From an uncultured Bacteroidota bacterium (lineage in GTDB: Bacteria; Bacteroidota; Bacteroidia; NS11-12g; UBA9320), in the NCBI GenBank assembly GCA_937124965.1, contig CAKZLB010000013.1:299154-363153 (forward strand): DNA of 64,000 nucleotides. Reading direction: 5' to 3'. Of this stretch, positions 9,324-18,796 are shown piece after piece. The translations under genes were made by a program, and so were the position numbers. The notes under the pieces were generated by a model. That model made no database searches. It was not told the origin of the DNA and saw only the letters and a list, made by a program, of their open reading frames with translations. Position 1 is the first letter of the stretch. Every line of letters starts with the position of its first letter.

Positions 9324-10478
9324 ATGAGATATTTGCTTGGCATAATTGTATGTTTATTTCTAACTAATGCAATTGCCCAAAACAAATGGGAGTATGGCGT
9401 TAATCTTCATTTTAACAGTGGGCTCGTAAAACCGATATCCTCAGATACGCTTACTAACAAGCCTGGATTTGGAGCTGGAATGTTTTTAGAAAGATCTTTT
9501 TCCAACTTTGGCCTTCAGTCGAACATAAACTATAGTCAAATTAGGTATGAAAACGACTTCTTAAACATTAGCCATGTTTCAAATAATTGTGATTTTATAC
9601 TTTCTCTGGTAAAACCTTTAGATCAAAAAAAACAAACTCATTTAGTAGTAGGTGGAATTCTTGGGTACAACATCAGTTATAGTGAGTCATTGTTAAATGG
9701 TGGCAGCATAAAGCCTGTTTTCAATCAATTCATAAACGACAATATAGTTGACGTTGGGTTACACATTGGTCTAGGTTTGGATTTGAGTAAGGGAAGTAGA
9801 TTCACAGTGTCATATAATGATTTCTTCTTAGGAGAACAATTAAAAGGATCTATTAAAGGAAGAATTGACTATTTGCAACTTGGCCTGCAGTTACGGATAA
9901 ATGATTTGTCGAACAATGAGAATAAAGTAGACAAGCAAGCTGCAAAAAATAAAGCTGTAAGAAATGCAGGCATGCACATTCAAGACCTAAACTCTGAAGG
10001 TTCTGGCATATTAGTCTTTGTTATTCCTACGAAAGATTCTAAAGCCATTGGAATACTGGAAACACGTGACCCCGCAAAGCGAGACAGTATTCGACGTGCT
10101 CGAATTGTGGCCATGAGAGATACAATTTACAGATATTATAACTTTGGTGATTTTGTGATAACAACAGACTCGTTGTTAAATTTTCCTTCAAAAAAGCTCA
10201 AAATCCTTACAGAGGATGGTGTCATTGATTACAAAGTTCCTGAGTCAAAAAAAATGTACTATGCTAAGATAGACGAACTTTTTTTGGAGGATAATAGTCA
10301 ATTGAAATGGGGAATATTTGTCTACGACAATAATCTAAACATGCTTTCCGAGCCATTCCCATATTTCACTCCATATCGTCAATTTGACAAAAATTTTGAA
10401 AAATCGGATGAATTAATTATTGAGTTTAATCAGCGATTAAAATCGTATTTCTCTTACAATAAACAAGGTGGATTATAA
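9324..10478 (+). CDS. Hypothetical outer-membrane beta-barrel-like protein
   Basis: Signal peptide. Alternating hydrophobic beta-strand pattern in the N-terminal half. No named domain recognised. Confidence 0.45.
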   Translation: MRYLLGIIVCLFLTNAIAQNKWEYGVNLHFNSGLVKPISSDTLTNKPGFGAGMFLERSFSNFGLQSNINYSQIRYENDFLNISHVSNNCDFILSLVKPLDQKKQTHLVVGGILGYNISYSESLLNGGSIKPVFNQFINDNIVDVGLHIGLGLDLSKGSRFTVSYNDFFLGEQLKGSIKGRIDYLQLGLQLRINDLSNNENKVDKQAAKNKAVRNAGMHIQDLNSEGSGILVFVIPTKDSKAIGILETRDPAKRDSIRRARIVAMRDTIYRYYNFGDFVITTDSLLNFPSKKLKILTEDGVIDYKVPESKKMYYAKIDELFLEDNSQLKWGIFVYDNNLNMLSEPFPYFTPYRQFDKNFEKSDELIIEFNQRLKSYFSYNKQGGL

Positions 10479-11564
10479 GTCTTTTGTGAGACCTTGTACG
10501 ACTTTGTATCCTTGAAAAAACTCTTTAGCTACAATTCGTAAAAATGTATAGGTTGGAACAGCTAAAATCATCCCTAGTACACCAGCAACCATACCTGCAG
10601 CCATAATTACGACAAAGATTTCCAACGGGTGAGCTTTAACACTTTTTGAAAAGATAAGCGGTTGAAGTACAAAATTATCAGTCAATTGAGCCGTTGCAAA
10701 CACAGCTAAAATTTTTAAGATTAACGGAGTAAGCTCTCCAGTCATTTCCAAATGAACATGAGACAATAAACTCAATGAGATTCCGAAAGTTGCTCCGATA
10801 ATTGGTCCGATGTATGGAATAATATTTATTAGCCCGGCCATAAAACCGATTAGCAAAGCATTTGGAACACCAAAAATTGACAACCCTATTGAAACTATTG
10901 CTGTAATGATTGAAACTTGAATTGCAACGCCAATAAAATAGCGAGTCAGCAAGTCTTTGGTATCAGACAGTATATTATGAATCTTTTCTAAGTAACGATC
11001 TGGGGTGAGAGAGTTTACAATATTGTTTACAATGTCCTTATCCTTCAGCAGAAAAAAGGTAATAAATAGAACACTCATAAATCCAACCAGCACAGAACCT
11101 AGTCCAGACATTATATCTTCAAATAGCCCCGTAAGAAAACTAAAATCAAGGTAACTAACCAATTGGCTTTGTATTGCATCGCGGTTCATTTCCTCAATGT
11201 TCATTTCCTTAAACCATGCTTCAATTGAGTAAATAGGACCCTCGAAAGCACTCATCAATGTTTCCACGTCAAGGTTAACGATTATATCAATCTGTTGCGC
11301 GAGAACTGGAATAAGAAACTTAAAAAAGAGTGAAAGTCCGAACATATAAACAACAATCACTACCAGTGCACTAAGCCAATCTGGCACCTCCCAAGTTTTG
11401 ATTTTGAGTTTAGATATTTTACCCATTAATGGTCTCCCCATTAGAGCCAATACCACTGAAACTGCAAAGTAGATAAACACCTGTTTCACCTGCCATGCAA
11501 ACCAAAACAGCAGAACCAATCCTGCCATACCTAAAACAAATCGTACTATCTGATTGGTTTTCAT
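10473..11564 (-). CDS. AI-2E family transporter (PerM/YhhT-type permease)
   Basis: ~360 aa polytopic membrane protein. Motifs 'PYIGPIIG', 'LSLLSHV…LIFSKSVKAHPLEIFVVIMAAG'. Confidence 0.75.
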   Translation of the reverse strand: MKTNQIVRFVLGMAGLVLLFWFAWQVKQVFIYFAVSVVLALMGRPLMGKISKLKIKTWEVPDWLSALVVIVVYMFGLSLFFKFLIPVLAQQIDIIVNLDVETLMSAFEGPIYSIEAWFKEMNIEEMNRDAIQSQLVSYLDFSFLTGLFEDIMSGLGSVLVGFMSVLFITFFLLKDKDIVNNIVNSLTPDRYLEKIHNILSDTKDLLTRYFIGVAIQVSIITAIVSIGLSIFGVPNALLIGFMAGLINIIPYIGPIIGATFGISLSLLSHVHLEMTGELTPLILKILAVFATAQLTDNFVLQPLIFSKSVKAHPLEIFVVIMAAGMVAGVLGMILAVPTYTFLRIVAKEFFQGYKVVQGLTKDL

Positions 11565-11628
11565 TCTTCGTCAAAGATAGGAATTGAAGTTTGTTGATTA
11601 TTTAAATCAGAAATAAATCATCATTTAT

Positions 11629-12063
11629 TTAGTCTCCATCTGAAGATTCCATGTCTTCACACAACTCAACCAAGATTCCATTGGTCGATTTTGGATGTAA
11701 GAAAGCAATTTTTTTGCCGTCAGCACCTGCTTTTGGTGTGTCATGAATCAATTGAAAACCTAAGTCTTGAAGTCGTTTTAACTCATCTTCAATTCCCACA
11801 ACATCCAGAGCTATATGGTGGATTCCTTCTCCTCGTTTTTCTATAAACTTTGAAATTGAGCTATCTGGAGACGACGCTTCAAGAAGTTCAACTTTTGTTT
11901 CCCCGAGTTTAAAAAAAGAGGTCAAAACACTTTCAGACTCAACGGCTTCTTCTTTGTAAGGTTCAGAATCTAATAGCTTAGATAGAAGGTCATTAGAATT
12001 CTTTATTGACTTAACTGCGATTCCTAAATGTTCAATTTTTCGTATCACGATTTTTTGTTTCAA
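11629..12063 (-). CDS. Methylmalonyl-CoA epimerase / VOC (glyoxalase-fold) protein
   Basis: 'IEHLGIAV…', 'GEGIHHIALDV…GF…I…P…GADGKKIAFLHPKSTNGILVELCE'. Confidence 0.6.
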   Translation of the reverse strand: MKQKIVIRKIEHLGIAVKSIKNSNDLLSKLLDSEPYKEEAVESESVLTSFFKLGETKVELLEASSPDSSISKFIEKRGEGIHHIALDVVGIEDELKRLQDLGFQLIHDTPKAGADGKKIAFLHPKSTNGILVELCEDMESSDGD

Positions 12064-12127
12064 AGATGCTGAAAAATAGTCAGGAAAAATGCCTGACTGT
12101 ACTGAACCATTTTATTCCAATAGTGTT

Positions 12128-12135
12128 TATATTTG
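12128..12135 (+). promoter_or_regulatory. Bacteroidetes-type -7 promoter element TATATTTG upstream of iscS
   Basis: Matches the TAnnTTTG consensus of Bacteroidetes sigma-A promoters, ~30 nt upstream of the iscS ATG. No clear -33 TTG seen. Confidence 0.3.
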
Positions 12136-12166
12136 CAAAGTAGAATTAATCTAAATAAAAATAAGA

Positions 12167-13381
12167 ATGCTATCGTTTCCGATATACTTAGACAACAACG
12201 CCACCACGCCAATGGACCCAAGAGTTCTAGAGGCAATGCTTCCTTATTTCAATAATAAATTTGGGAATGCTGCAAGTCGTAACCACGCCTTTGGCTGGAC
12301 TGCAGAAGAAGCGGTAGATTATGCTAGAGAACAAGTAGCAAAATTAATAAATGCGTCTCCTAAGGAAATCATATTCACTTCTGGGGCTACAGAATCAGAT
12401 AATTTAGCGATTAAAGGTGTTTACGAAATGTATGCCCGTAAAGGTAACCACATTATAACTGTAAACACAGAACACAAAGCAATTTTAGATTCGTGCAAAC
12501 ACATTGAAAAACTTGGAGGCGAAGTGACTTATTTGTCACCAAACGAGGATGGGTTAATTAACCTAGCGGATTTAGAAGCGGCAATTACCCCCAAAACAAT
12601 TTTGATTTCTATTATGTATGGAAACAACGAAATAGGAGTTTTGCAACCAATAGAAGAAATTTCAGCGATTGCCAGAAAACACGATGTACTTTTTCATTCA
12701 GATGCAACCCAAGCTGTTGGAAAAGTTCCTGTTGATGTGATGGCACAAAATATTGACCTGATGTCTTTTACCGCACATAAAATGTACGGCCCAAAAGGAG
12801 CAGGAGCATTATACGTTAGACGAAAGAATCCAAGAGTGAAGGTTACCTCACAATTGGATGGCGGCGGTCATGAGCGAGGAATGCGGAGTGGGACACTAAA
12901 TGTTCCAGGTATCGTTGGACTTGGGAAAGCATGCGAAATCTGTATGGAGGAAATGGAAGAAGAGGCAGCTCGACTTTCTAAAATGAGAGATCATTTGGAA
13001 ACTGAATTGTTGAAGATTGAAGAGTCTTACGTTAACGGAAATAGAGATCATAGACTACCTCACGTTGCAAACATTTCTTTCAAGCATGTTGAAGGAGAAG
13101 GCTTAATGATGGGAATTAAAGATTTAGCAGTTTCATCAGGATCAGCTTGTACTTCAGCTTCATTAGAACCAAGTTACGTTCTAAAGAACTTAGGTTTAGA
13201 TGATGACTTAGCACACTCTTCGCTACGATTTGGTTTAGGCAGATTTACAACAGATGAAGAAGTTGAATTTGCAATTGATCATGTTAAAACAGCAGTACAT
13301 AAACTACGAGAAATGAGTCCACTTTGGGAGATGTTCAAAGAAGGAATCGATCTTAAATCAGTAGTTTGGCAAGAGCACTAA
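12167..13381 (+). CDS. iscS: Cysteine desulfurase IscS
   Basis: PLP-lysine region '[12 protein letters not shown]'. Active-site loop '[17 protein letters not shown]'. Confidence 0.9.
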   Translation: MLSFPIYLDNNATTPMDPRVLEAMLPYFNNKFGNAASRNHAFGWTAEEAVDYAREQVAKLINASPKEIIFTSGATESDNLAIKGVYEMYARKGNHIITVNTEHKAILDSCKHIEKLGGEVTYLSPNEDGLINLADLEAAITPKTILISIMYGNNEIGVLQPIEEISAIARKHDVLFHSDATQAVGKVPVDVMAQNIDLMSFTAHKMYGPKGAGALYVRRKNPRVKVTSQLDGGGHERGMRSGTLNVPGIVGLGKACEICMEEMEEEAARLSKMRDHLETELLKIEESYVNGNRDHRLPHVANISFKHVEGEGLMMGIKDLAVSSGSACTSASLEPSYVLKNLGLDDDLAHSSLRFGLGRFTTDEEVEFAIDHVKTAVHKLREMSPLWEMFKEGIDLKSVVWQEH

Positions 13382-13422
13382 ATTTAGATTAGTACACATA
13401 TTCAAATTTTAAAATAAATAGT

Positions 13423-13821
13423 ATGGCATATTCAGAAAAAGTAATTGATCACTACAGCAACCCAAGAAACATTGGAACGCTGAATAAAGAAGATAAAAAC
13501 GTTGGTACTGGACTAGTAGGAGCTCCAGAATGTGGTGATGTAATGAGACTGCAAATTCAAGTAAATGAAGAAAATGGCATTATCGAAGATGCAAAATTCA
13601 AAACATTTGGATGCGGATCTGCAATCGCTTCTTCTTCTTTAGCAACTGAATGGTTAAAAGGAAAAACGGTAAATGAAGCTATGGAAATTGACAACATGGC
13701 TATCGTTGAAGAGTTAGCCCTTCCACCTGTAAAGATTCACTGTTCGGTATTAGCTGAAGACGCGATTAAGACGGCAATCAACGATTACAGAACTAAACAA
13801 GGCTTAGAAGAAATCGCATAA
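13423..13821 (+). CDS. iscU: Fe-S cluster assembly scaffold IscU
   Basis: 'GAPECGDVM', 'FKTFGCGSAIASSS', 'HCSVLAEDAI'. Confidence 0.9.
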   Translation: MAYSEKVIDHYSNPRNIGTLNKEDKNVGTGLVGAPECGDVMRLQIQVNEENGIIEDAKFKTFGCGSAIASSSLATEWLKGKTVNEAMEIDNMAIVEELALPPVKIHCSVLAEDAIKTAINDYRTKQGLEEIA

Positions 13822-13831
13822 GAATAAAGTT

Positions 13832-14158
13832 ATGATTACAATTACTCCCTCTGCACTCGAAAAAATAAACGTTCTAAAATCTGAGCAAGATCTTAGCGAT
13901 GACTACTTTATTCGTGTATCTGTTGTTGGAGGTGGTTGTAGTGGTTTAAGTTACAACCTAGATTTCGACAACGAATCTAAAGAAGGAGATCAAGTATTTG
14001 ACTCTGAAGGTGCAAAGATTATCTGCGACATGAAAAGTTTTTTGTACCTGTGCGGAACTGAACTTGACTTCTCAGACGGCTTAAACGGAAAAGGATTTAA
14101 CTTTATAAACCCAAATGCTACACGTACTTGTGGTTGTGGTGAGAGCTTTGCTGTTTAA
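13832..14158 (+). CDS. iscA: Fe-S cluster insertion protein (HesB/IscA/ErpA family)
   Basis: 'GGGCSGLSY' and C-terminal 'CGCGESF'. Confidence 0.85.
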   Translation: MITITPSALEKINVLKSEQDLSDDYFIRVSVVGGGCSGLSYNLDFDNESKEGDQVFDSEGAKIICDMKSFLYLCGTELDFSDGLNGKGFNFINPNATRTCGCGESFAV

Positions 14159-14189
14159 TTAATAAAGACTTGAGCTCAGCGCTATAAAA

Positions 14190-14217
14190 CCTTCCACGTT
14201 ACATGGAAGGTTTTTTT
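14190..14217 (+). terminator. Intrinsic terminator after iscA (CCTTCCA-loop-TGGAAGG plus T7)
   Basis: 7-bp stem, 7-nt loop and TTTTTTT run directly after the iscA stop. It overlaps the 3' end of the convergent upxY-like gene, so it may act bidirectionally. Confidence 0.5.
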
Positions 14218-14732
14218 ATGCTATCTTTTACCTTTTGAAGAAATTCAAAGGGTATATTTATCTTAATACCTTGGCCTAATGTGTCAAATGAAACGAGGAA
14301 AATTCGTTCGTTGTTTTTTCTAATCAAATCAACGTAATGTCCTTTTAGCGGACCCTCGTTCACCAAAACTTTCTCTCCCTCAGTAAAATCTGATGGATCT
14401 AAAATCGTTTCAGCAAAATATCCTTCCTTTTCAATGGCTTTTATTATTTCAATTTCACGATCTTTAACAATAGCATGCTTTCCCTCAAACGATAAAAAGC
14501 TAACTACCCCGCTGTTGTTCAAAATCTCATGAACTTGTAACGTTGTTGGCCGGACAAACAAGTACCCATTAAACATCGGTAGTTCAACCCATTTTTTGCG
14601 GTCACTCCAATTGCTAAGGCGTTTAACGATTGGCAAATAGTTTTCAATTCCAACTTCACTCAATCGTTGCGCAACTCTCTTCTCTTGTCGAGACATCACG
14701 TACACCACTTTCCACCTAACCTCTTCCGTCAT
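14199..14732 (-). CDS. UpxY-family (NusG-like) transcription antiterminator
   Basis: 'WKVVYVMSRQEKRVAQRL…ENYLPIVKRLSNWSDRKKWVELPMFNGYLFVRP' NGN domain plus C-terminal KOW. Confidence 0.7.
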   Translation of the reverse strand: MTEEVRWKVVYVMSRQEKRVAQRLSEVGIENYLPIVKRLSNWSDRKKWVELPMFNGYLFVRPTTLQVHEILNNSGVVSFLSFEGKHAIVKDREIEIIKAIEKEGYFAETILDPSDFTEGEKVLVNEGPLKGHYVDLIRKNNERIFLVSFDTLGQGIKINIPFEFLQKVKDSIKKPSM

Positions 14733-14954
14733 TCTGATTCATTTATACGATGGCAAACTTACCGATTTTTAAAATCAAAAACCTCTACCACTTTTACCCA
14801 ACAGACACCATTTATTTTCAAAAAGGAACTAAAAAAACGCTTAAACCACGATTATTCATCGACAAAGTATAAAATTCTCCCACCACAATTATACAGTACA
14901 ACTTATTGTTTTTCAATGCCTTAAACTACCTGTGGAAATTTTTCTATGAAAAAA

Positions 14955-14980
14955 GTGGGAGATTGTGGTAGAAAGTGGGA
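14955..14980 (+). promoter_or_regulatory. MraZ operator: three direct repeats GTGGGA / GTGGTA / GTGGGA with exact 10-bp phasing upstream of mraZ
   Basis: Repeats start at 14955, 14965 and 14975. The classical Pmra MraZ site is a triple GTGGG direct repeat at 10-nt spacing. It lies 47-72 nt upstream of the mraZ ATG. Confidence 0.55.
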
Positions 14981-15026
14981 GAATCTGTAATACTTTTACA
15001 TCGAATTTTTATCTCAACAAAAAAGC

Positions 15027-15488
15027 ATGTCGGGTTATATCGGTGAATATGAATGTAAGGTTGACGACAAGGGTCGCACTATCGTTCCTGCTGGTTTAAA
15101 ACGGCAGATTCCGAAGGATGCTTTGAGCAGAATGGTGGTAAACCGAGGTTTTGATAAATGCCTCACTCTCTTCACTCGAAAAGATTGGGACATTGAAACC
15201 CAAAAACTAAATAAACTGAGTGATTTCAAGAGAAATGATCGGCGATTTAAAAGATTGTTTAACAGCGGTGCGACTGAGATAAAAATCGATACTGCTTCCC
15301 GAATATTATTACCCAAGAAATTATGCACGTATGCTGAAATAGAATCAGAGGTGGTTTTTTATGCATACGAAAACAAAATAGAAATATGGTCTAAGAAAGT
15401 TTATGAAGAGCAAATGGATATGGATCCAGATGACTACGCTGACTTAGCCGAAGAAGTAATGGGAAATGACAGTGGAAACGATGAGTAA
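15027..15488 (+). CDS. mraZ: Transcriptional regulator MraZ
   Basis: Tandem MraZ halves ('KVDDKGRTIVPAGLK', 'KIDTASRILLPKKL'). First gene of the dcw cluster. Confidence 0.9.
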   Translation: MSGYIGEYECKVDDKGRTIVPAGLKRQIPKDALSRMVVNRGFDKCLTLFTRKDWDIETQKLNKLSDFKRNDRRFKRLFNSGATEIKIDTASRILLPKKLCTYAEIESEVVFYAYENKIEIWSKKVYEEQMDMDPDDYADLAEEVMGNDSGNDE

Positions 15489-16380
15489 ATATCACGTACC
15501 GGTTATGCTGTCTGAGTGTTTAGAAGGGTTGAACCTCAGATCAGACGGAACGTATGTTGACGTCACCTTTGGTGGCGGTGGTCACTCATACCCCATTTTG
15601 GATAAAATTCCTGATGGCAAGTTGATTGCATTTGACCAAGACAATGATGCACGTGAATTAGCCATTGATTACCCAAACCTCATTTTTGTCAATCATAATT
15701 TTCAATTTATCTCAAATTTTCTGAAATATTTTGAAGTTCCAAAAGTTGATGGACTTCTGGCTGATCTTGGTGTTTCGTCGCATCAGATCAATGAAGGTGA
15801 ACGAGGATTTTCCTTCCGATACGACGCTGACTTGGACATGAGAATGAATCAAGAGCAAGCACTAGATGCCTATGAAATTGTCAATACGTATTCGGCGGAA
15901 GAGCTCAGTAAACTCTTTAAAACCTATGGTGAAATCAGATACGCTTGGAAATTAGCCAACAAAATAGTCGCAGTGCGACAAGGCAAACCAATTGCCACTA
16001 CAGGTGATTTAGCAGCTATTGCTGAGGAGTTCACCATTCCAAAACAACGTAATAAAGAATTGGCTCAACTGTTTCAAGCACTTCGCATTGAAGTAAATGA
16101 CGAACTAGGTGTATTAAAATCTTTGTTAACAAAAAGCTTAGAATGCCTTGCGCCAGGCGGTCGACTTGTCGTAATGTCATACCACAGTTTAGAAGACAGA
16201 TTAGTCAAAACCTTCATGCAATCTGGAAATTTCGAGGGAAAGATCGAAACAGATGCATTCGGAAGATCTCTACAACCATTTAAACTAATTACTCGAAAAC
16301 CTATTACGGCTTCGGAGGAAGAATTAGTGAGTAACCCACGCTCTAGAAGTGCCAAACTAAGAATAGCAGAGAAGTTATGA
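15466..16380 (+). CDS. rsmH: 16S rRNA (cytosine1402-N4)-methyltransferase RsmH (MraW)
   Basis: 'HVPVML.E…YVD.TFGGGGHS', 'LADLGVSSHQ…RGFSF'. Overlaps mraZ by 23 nt. Confidence 0.9.
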   Translation: MTVETMSKYHVPVMLSECLEGLNLRSDGTYVDVTFGGGGHSYPILDKIPDGKLIAFDQDNDARELAIDYPNLIFVNHNFQFISNFLKYFEVPKVDGLLADLGVSSHQINEGERGFSFRYDADLDMRMNQEQALDAYEIVNTYSAEELSKLFKTYGEIRYAWKLANKIVAVRQGKPIATTGDLAAIAEEFTIPKQRNKELAQLFQALRIEVNDELGVLKSLLTKSLECLAPGGRLVVMSYHSLEDRLVKTFMQSGNFEGKIETDAFGRSLQPFKLITRKPITASEEELVSNPRSRSAKLRIAEKL

Positions 16381-16706
16381 GTACTCAAGAACCTATATCA
16401 AATAAAGAAAACTCCCGCATAGTCTGGGGCTTTGAGGTTTTGAAAGGAACTGAAATGCTCAAGCTAATCGTCTTTATTGGCATTTTGGCAATTCCATACG
16501 TGTACTACTCGCATGTTGCTGACAAAAAGCACCGTGAATCAGAAAAAGTCAAAAACGAGCTTAAGGAACTAAGAGCAGAATATATAACACTTAAATCCCA
16601 AATAGTCGGGCAAAACAAACAATCAGATGTTGCCAAAAGACTAAAAGACAAAGGATTAACTCCAATACAAGAAGCACCTATTGATTTGAATCAGGAACCA
16701 GATTGA
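16377..16706 (+). CDS. ftsL: Cell division protein FtsL-like
   Basis: 109 aa, one TM helix then a coiled-coil. Position between rsmH and ftsI. 4-nt overlaps on both sides. Confidence 0.6.
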   Translation: MSTQEPISNKENSRIVWGFEVLKGTEMLKLIVFIGILAIPYVYYSHVADKKHRESEKVKNELKELRAEYITLKSQIVGQNKQSDVAKRLKDKGLTPIQEAPIDLNQEPD

Positions 16707-18796
16707 ACGTTAAAAAAGACATATTGTGGCGTGTGATAGTCAGCATATTAATGCTTGTCTTTCTTAGTGTGGGCATTGTTTACCAAATCGTAAATGTGCA
16801 GTACGTTCAAGGAGAGCACTGGAATGCAGTAGACGATAGTTTGCACGTCAAATATCAAACAATACCCGCTGTTCGTGGAAGCATTTATTCGGAAGATGGG
16901 AGCCTCCTCGCAACAAGTGTCCCTATTTATAAAATCAGCTTAGACTTCGGTGTCATTCACGAGTTTCACAAAGATTCTTTTGGCAGCTATAAGAATATCC
17001 TCGCTACAAGACTTGCCAACACCTTACAAAATCGGACATCAGATGAGTATCTGACTGTTTTAGAAGAAGGTTATCGACTCCGAAAACGATATGTCACGAT
17101 TATTCGAAATGCAAGCTTTCTGCAGAGCAAAGAGATTATGAGTTGGCCAATTTTCAGTGCTGGCAGATACAAAGGTGGAATCGTATTAGAAGAAAAAAAC
17201 ATTCGTAAAAAACCGTATTACGAATTGATGGCCAGAACAATTGGCTATATCAATGAAAACCATAAAGGCGCTGGTATTGAAGCAAGTTTTGATGAAATAC
17301 TGACTGGTGCAGATGGCAAAATGGTCGTTCGTAAAGTTCCTGGAGGGTATCGCCCTTTAGAAAACGATATGAAAATAAGTGCGACAAACGGAAAAGACAT
17401 TTTCACTACGGTTGACATTGGCTTACAAGATTTAGTGAACGAAGAACTGAGTAAAGGAATCTTGGATAATGGCGCAGCCTATGGAACTGCTGTATTGCTC
17501 GAAGTCAAAACTGGAAAAATCAAGGCGATTGCCAATATCAACAATACGACTGATGGCTTAAGAGAATATTTCAACCACGCAATTGGCACTGGCTATGAGC
17601 CTGGAAGTACGATAAAACTAGTTTCTGCATTAGCTGCGCTTGAAAACAACGATGTTGAACTTGACGATTCAATTGATGTGCATTACGGCTCATACAAATT
17701 TTTTAAAAACGACAGCATTGAAGACAGTGGGCATACACGAGTTCGCAAGATGACCTATCAACAAGTGTTTGAAAACTCATCGAATGTCGGGATTTCCATC
17801 ACCGCATTTAAAGGGTTTAAGAAAGACCCAGTTGAGTTTATTAAATACTTCGAAGAACTGAAACTCACTGAGCCGTTGGAAACGGGTATTAAAGGTGAGG
17901 TTATTCCGTCTATACTTCGACCAACAAGACCTGGTTGGTCTGGAATGGCTGTGCCATCTATGTCTATCGGATACTCCGTCTCAATGAGCCCGTTGCACAT
18001 CGCTATGCTTTACAACGCGGTGGCGAACGATGGAGTTATGATGCGTCCATATTTAATAGCAGGGATTGGGTCTTTAGGACAATTGGACGAGCATTATGAA
18101 CCGCTTGTTTACAACAGTAAGATTTGCAAACAATCTACTCTTGATGATCTGCGTACAATGCTTGAGGGAGTTGTTCAAAACGGAACAGCCAAAGCATTAA
18201 AAGACCTTCCGTTTCGAGTTGCAGGGAAGACAGGAACATCAAGAATTTCAGATAATTCGGAAGGGTATACAAACGAATATCACTCAAGTTTTGCGGGCTA
18301 CTTTCCCGCCGACAATCCAAAATACACACTAGTTGTGATGATTAGTCGACCGTCTAAAGGACGCATCTATGGTTCACAAGTAGCACTACCTGTTTTCAAA
18401 GAAATCGCGTCTAAAATTTATGCAAACGCGGTTCATGCGCGAGTACCATATTCTGACACCACAGCACTTCCCAACGTGCTTGGAGGAAAATACAGCGATG
18501 TAAAAAAGGTATGTAAAAAACTAAATCTCGACTATGATGTAGACGCACGAAATCAAGAACTCGTAGTTCTAAAATCTGGTGAAGGCGAACTAGTAGGTAA
18601 GCGAATCGATTTTCAAAAAAACGTTATGCCTGATGTTAAAGGATTGGGATTGTCGAAATGCCTATTCCTCTTTGAAAACAAAGGATATAAAGTAAGACAG
18701 CGAGGCATTGGCAAAGTGGTTGAACAATCTCCATTGCCTGGAACCGTCCTTACGCCCGGGAGAACAATTTACCTCAGACTTAGTACCGATAAATGA
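16703..18796 (+). CDS. ftsI: Peptidoglycan D,D-transpeptidase FtsI (PBP) with C-terminal PASTA repeats
   Basis: Transpeptidase motifs 'STIK', 'SSN', 'KTGT'. Two PASTA-like modules in the last ~120 aa. Confidence 0.9.
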   Translation: MNVKKDILWRVIVSILMLVFLSVGIVYQIVNVQYVQGEHWNAVDDSLHVKYQTIPAVRGSIYSEDGSLLATSVPIYKISLDFGVIHEFHKDSFGSYKNILATRLANTLQNRTSDEYLTVLEEGYRLRKRYVTIIRNASFLQSKEIMSWPIFSAGRYKGGIVLEEKNIRKKPYYELMARTIGYINENHKGAGIEASFDEILTGADGKMVVRKVPGGYRPLENDMKISATNGKDIFTTVDIGLQDLVNEELSKGILDNGAAYGTAVLLEVKTGKIKAIANINNTTDGLREYFNHAIGTGYEPGSTIKLVSALAALENNDVELDDSIDVHYGSYKFFKNDSIEDSGHTRVRKMTYQQVFENSSNVGISITAFKGFKKDPVEFIKYFEELKLTEPLETGIKGEVIPSILRPTRPGWSGMAVPSMSIGYSVSMSPLHIAMLYNAVANDGVMMRPYLIAGIGSLGQLDEHYEPLVYNSKICKQSTLDDLRTMLEGVVQNGTAKALKDLPFRVAGKTGTSRISDNSEGYTNEYHSSFAGYFPADNPKYTLVVMISRPSKGRIYGSQVALPVFKEIASKIYANAVHARVPYSDTTALPNVLGGKYSDVKKVCKKLNLDYDVDARNQELVVLKSGEGELVGKRIDFQKNVMPDVKGLGLSKCLFLFENKGYKVRQRGIGKVVEQSPLPGTVLTPGRTIYLRLSTDK

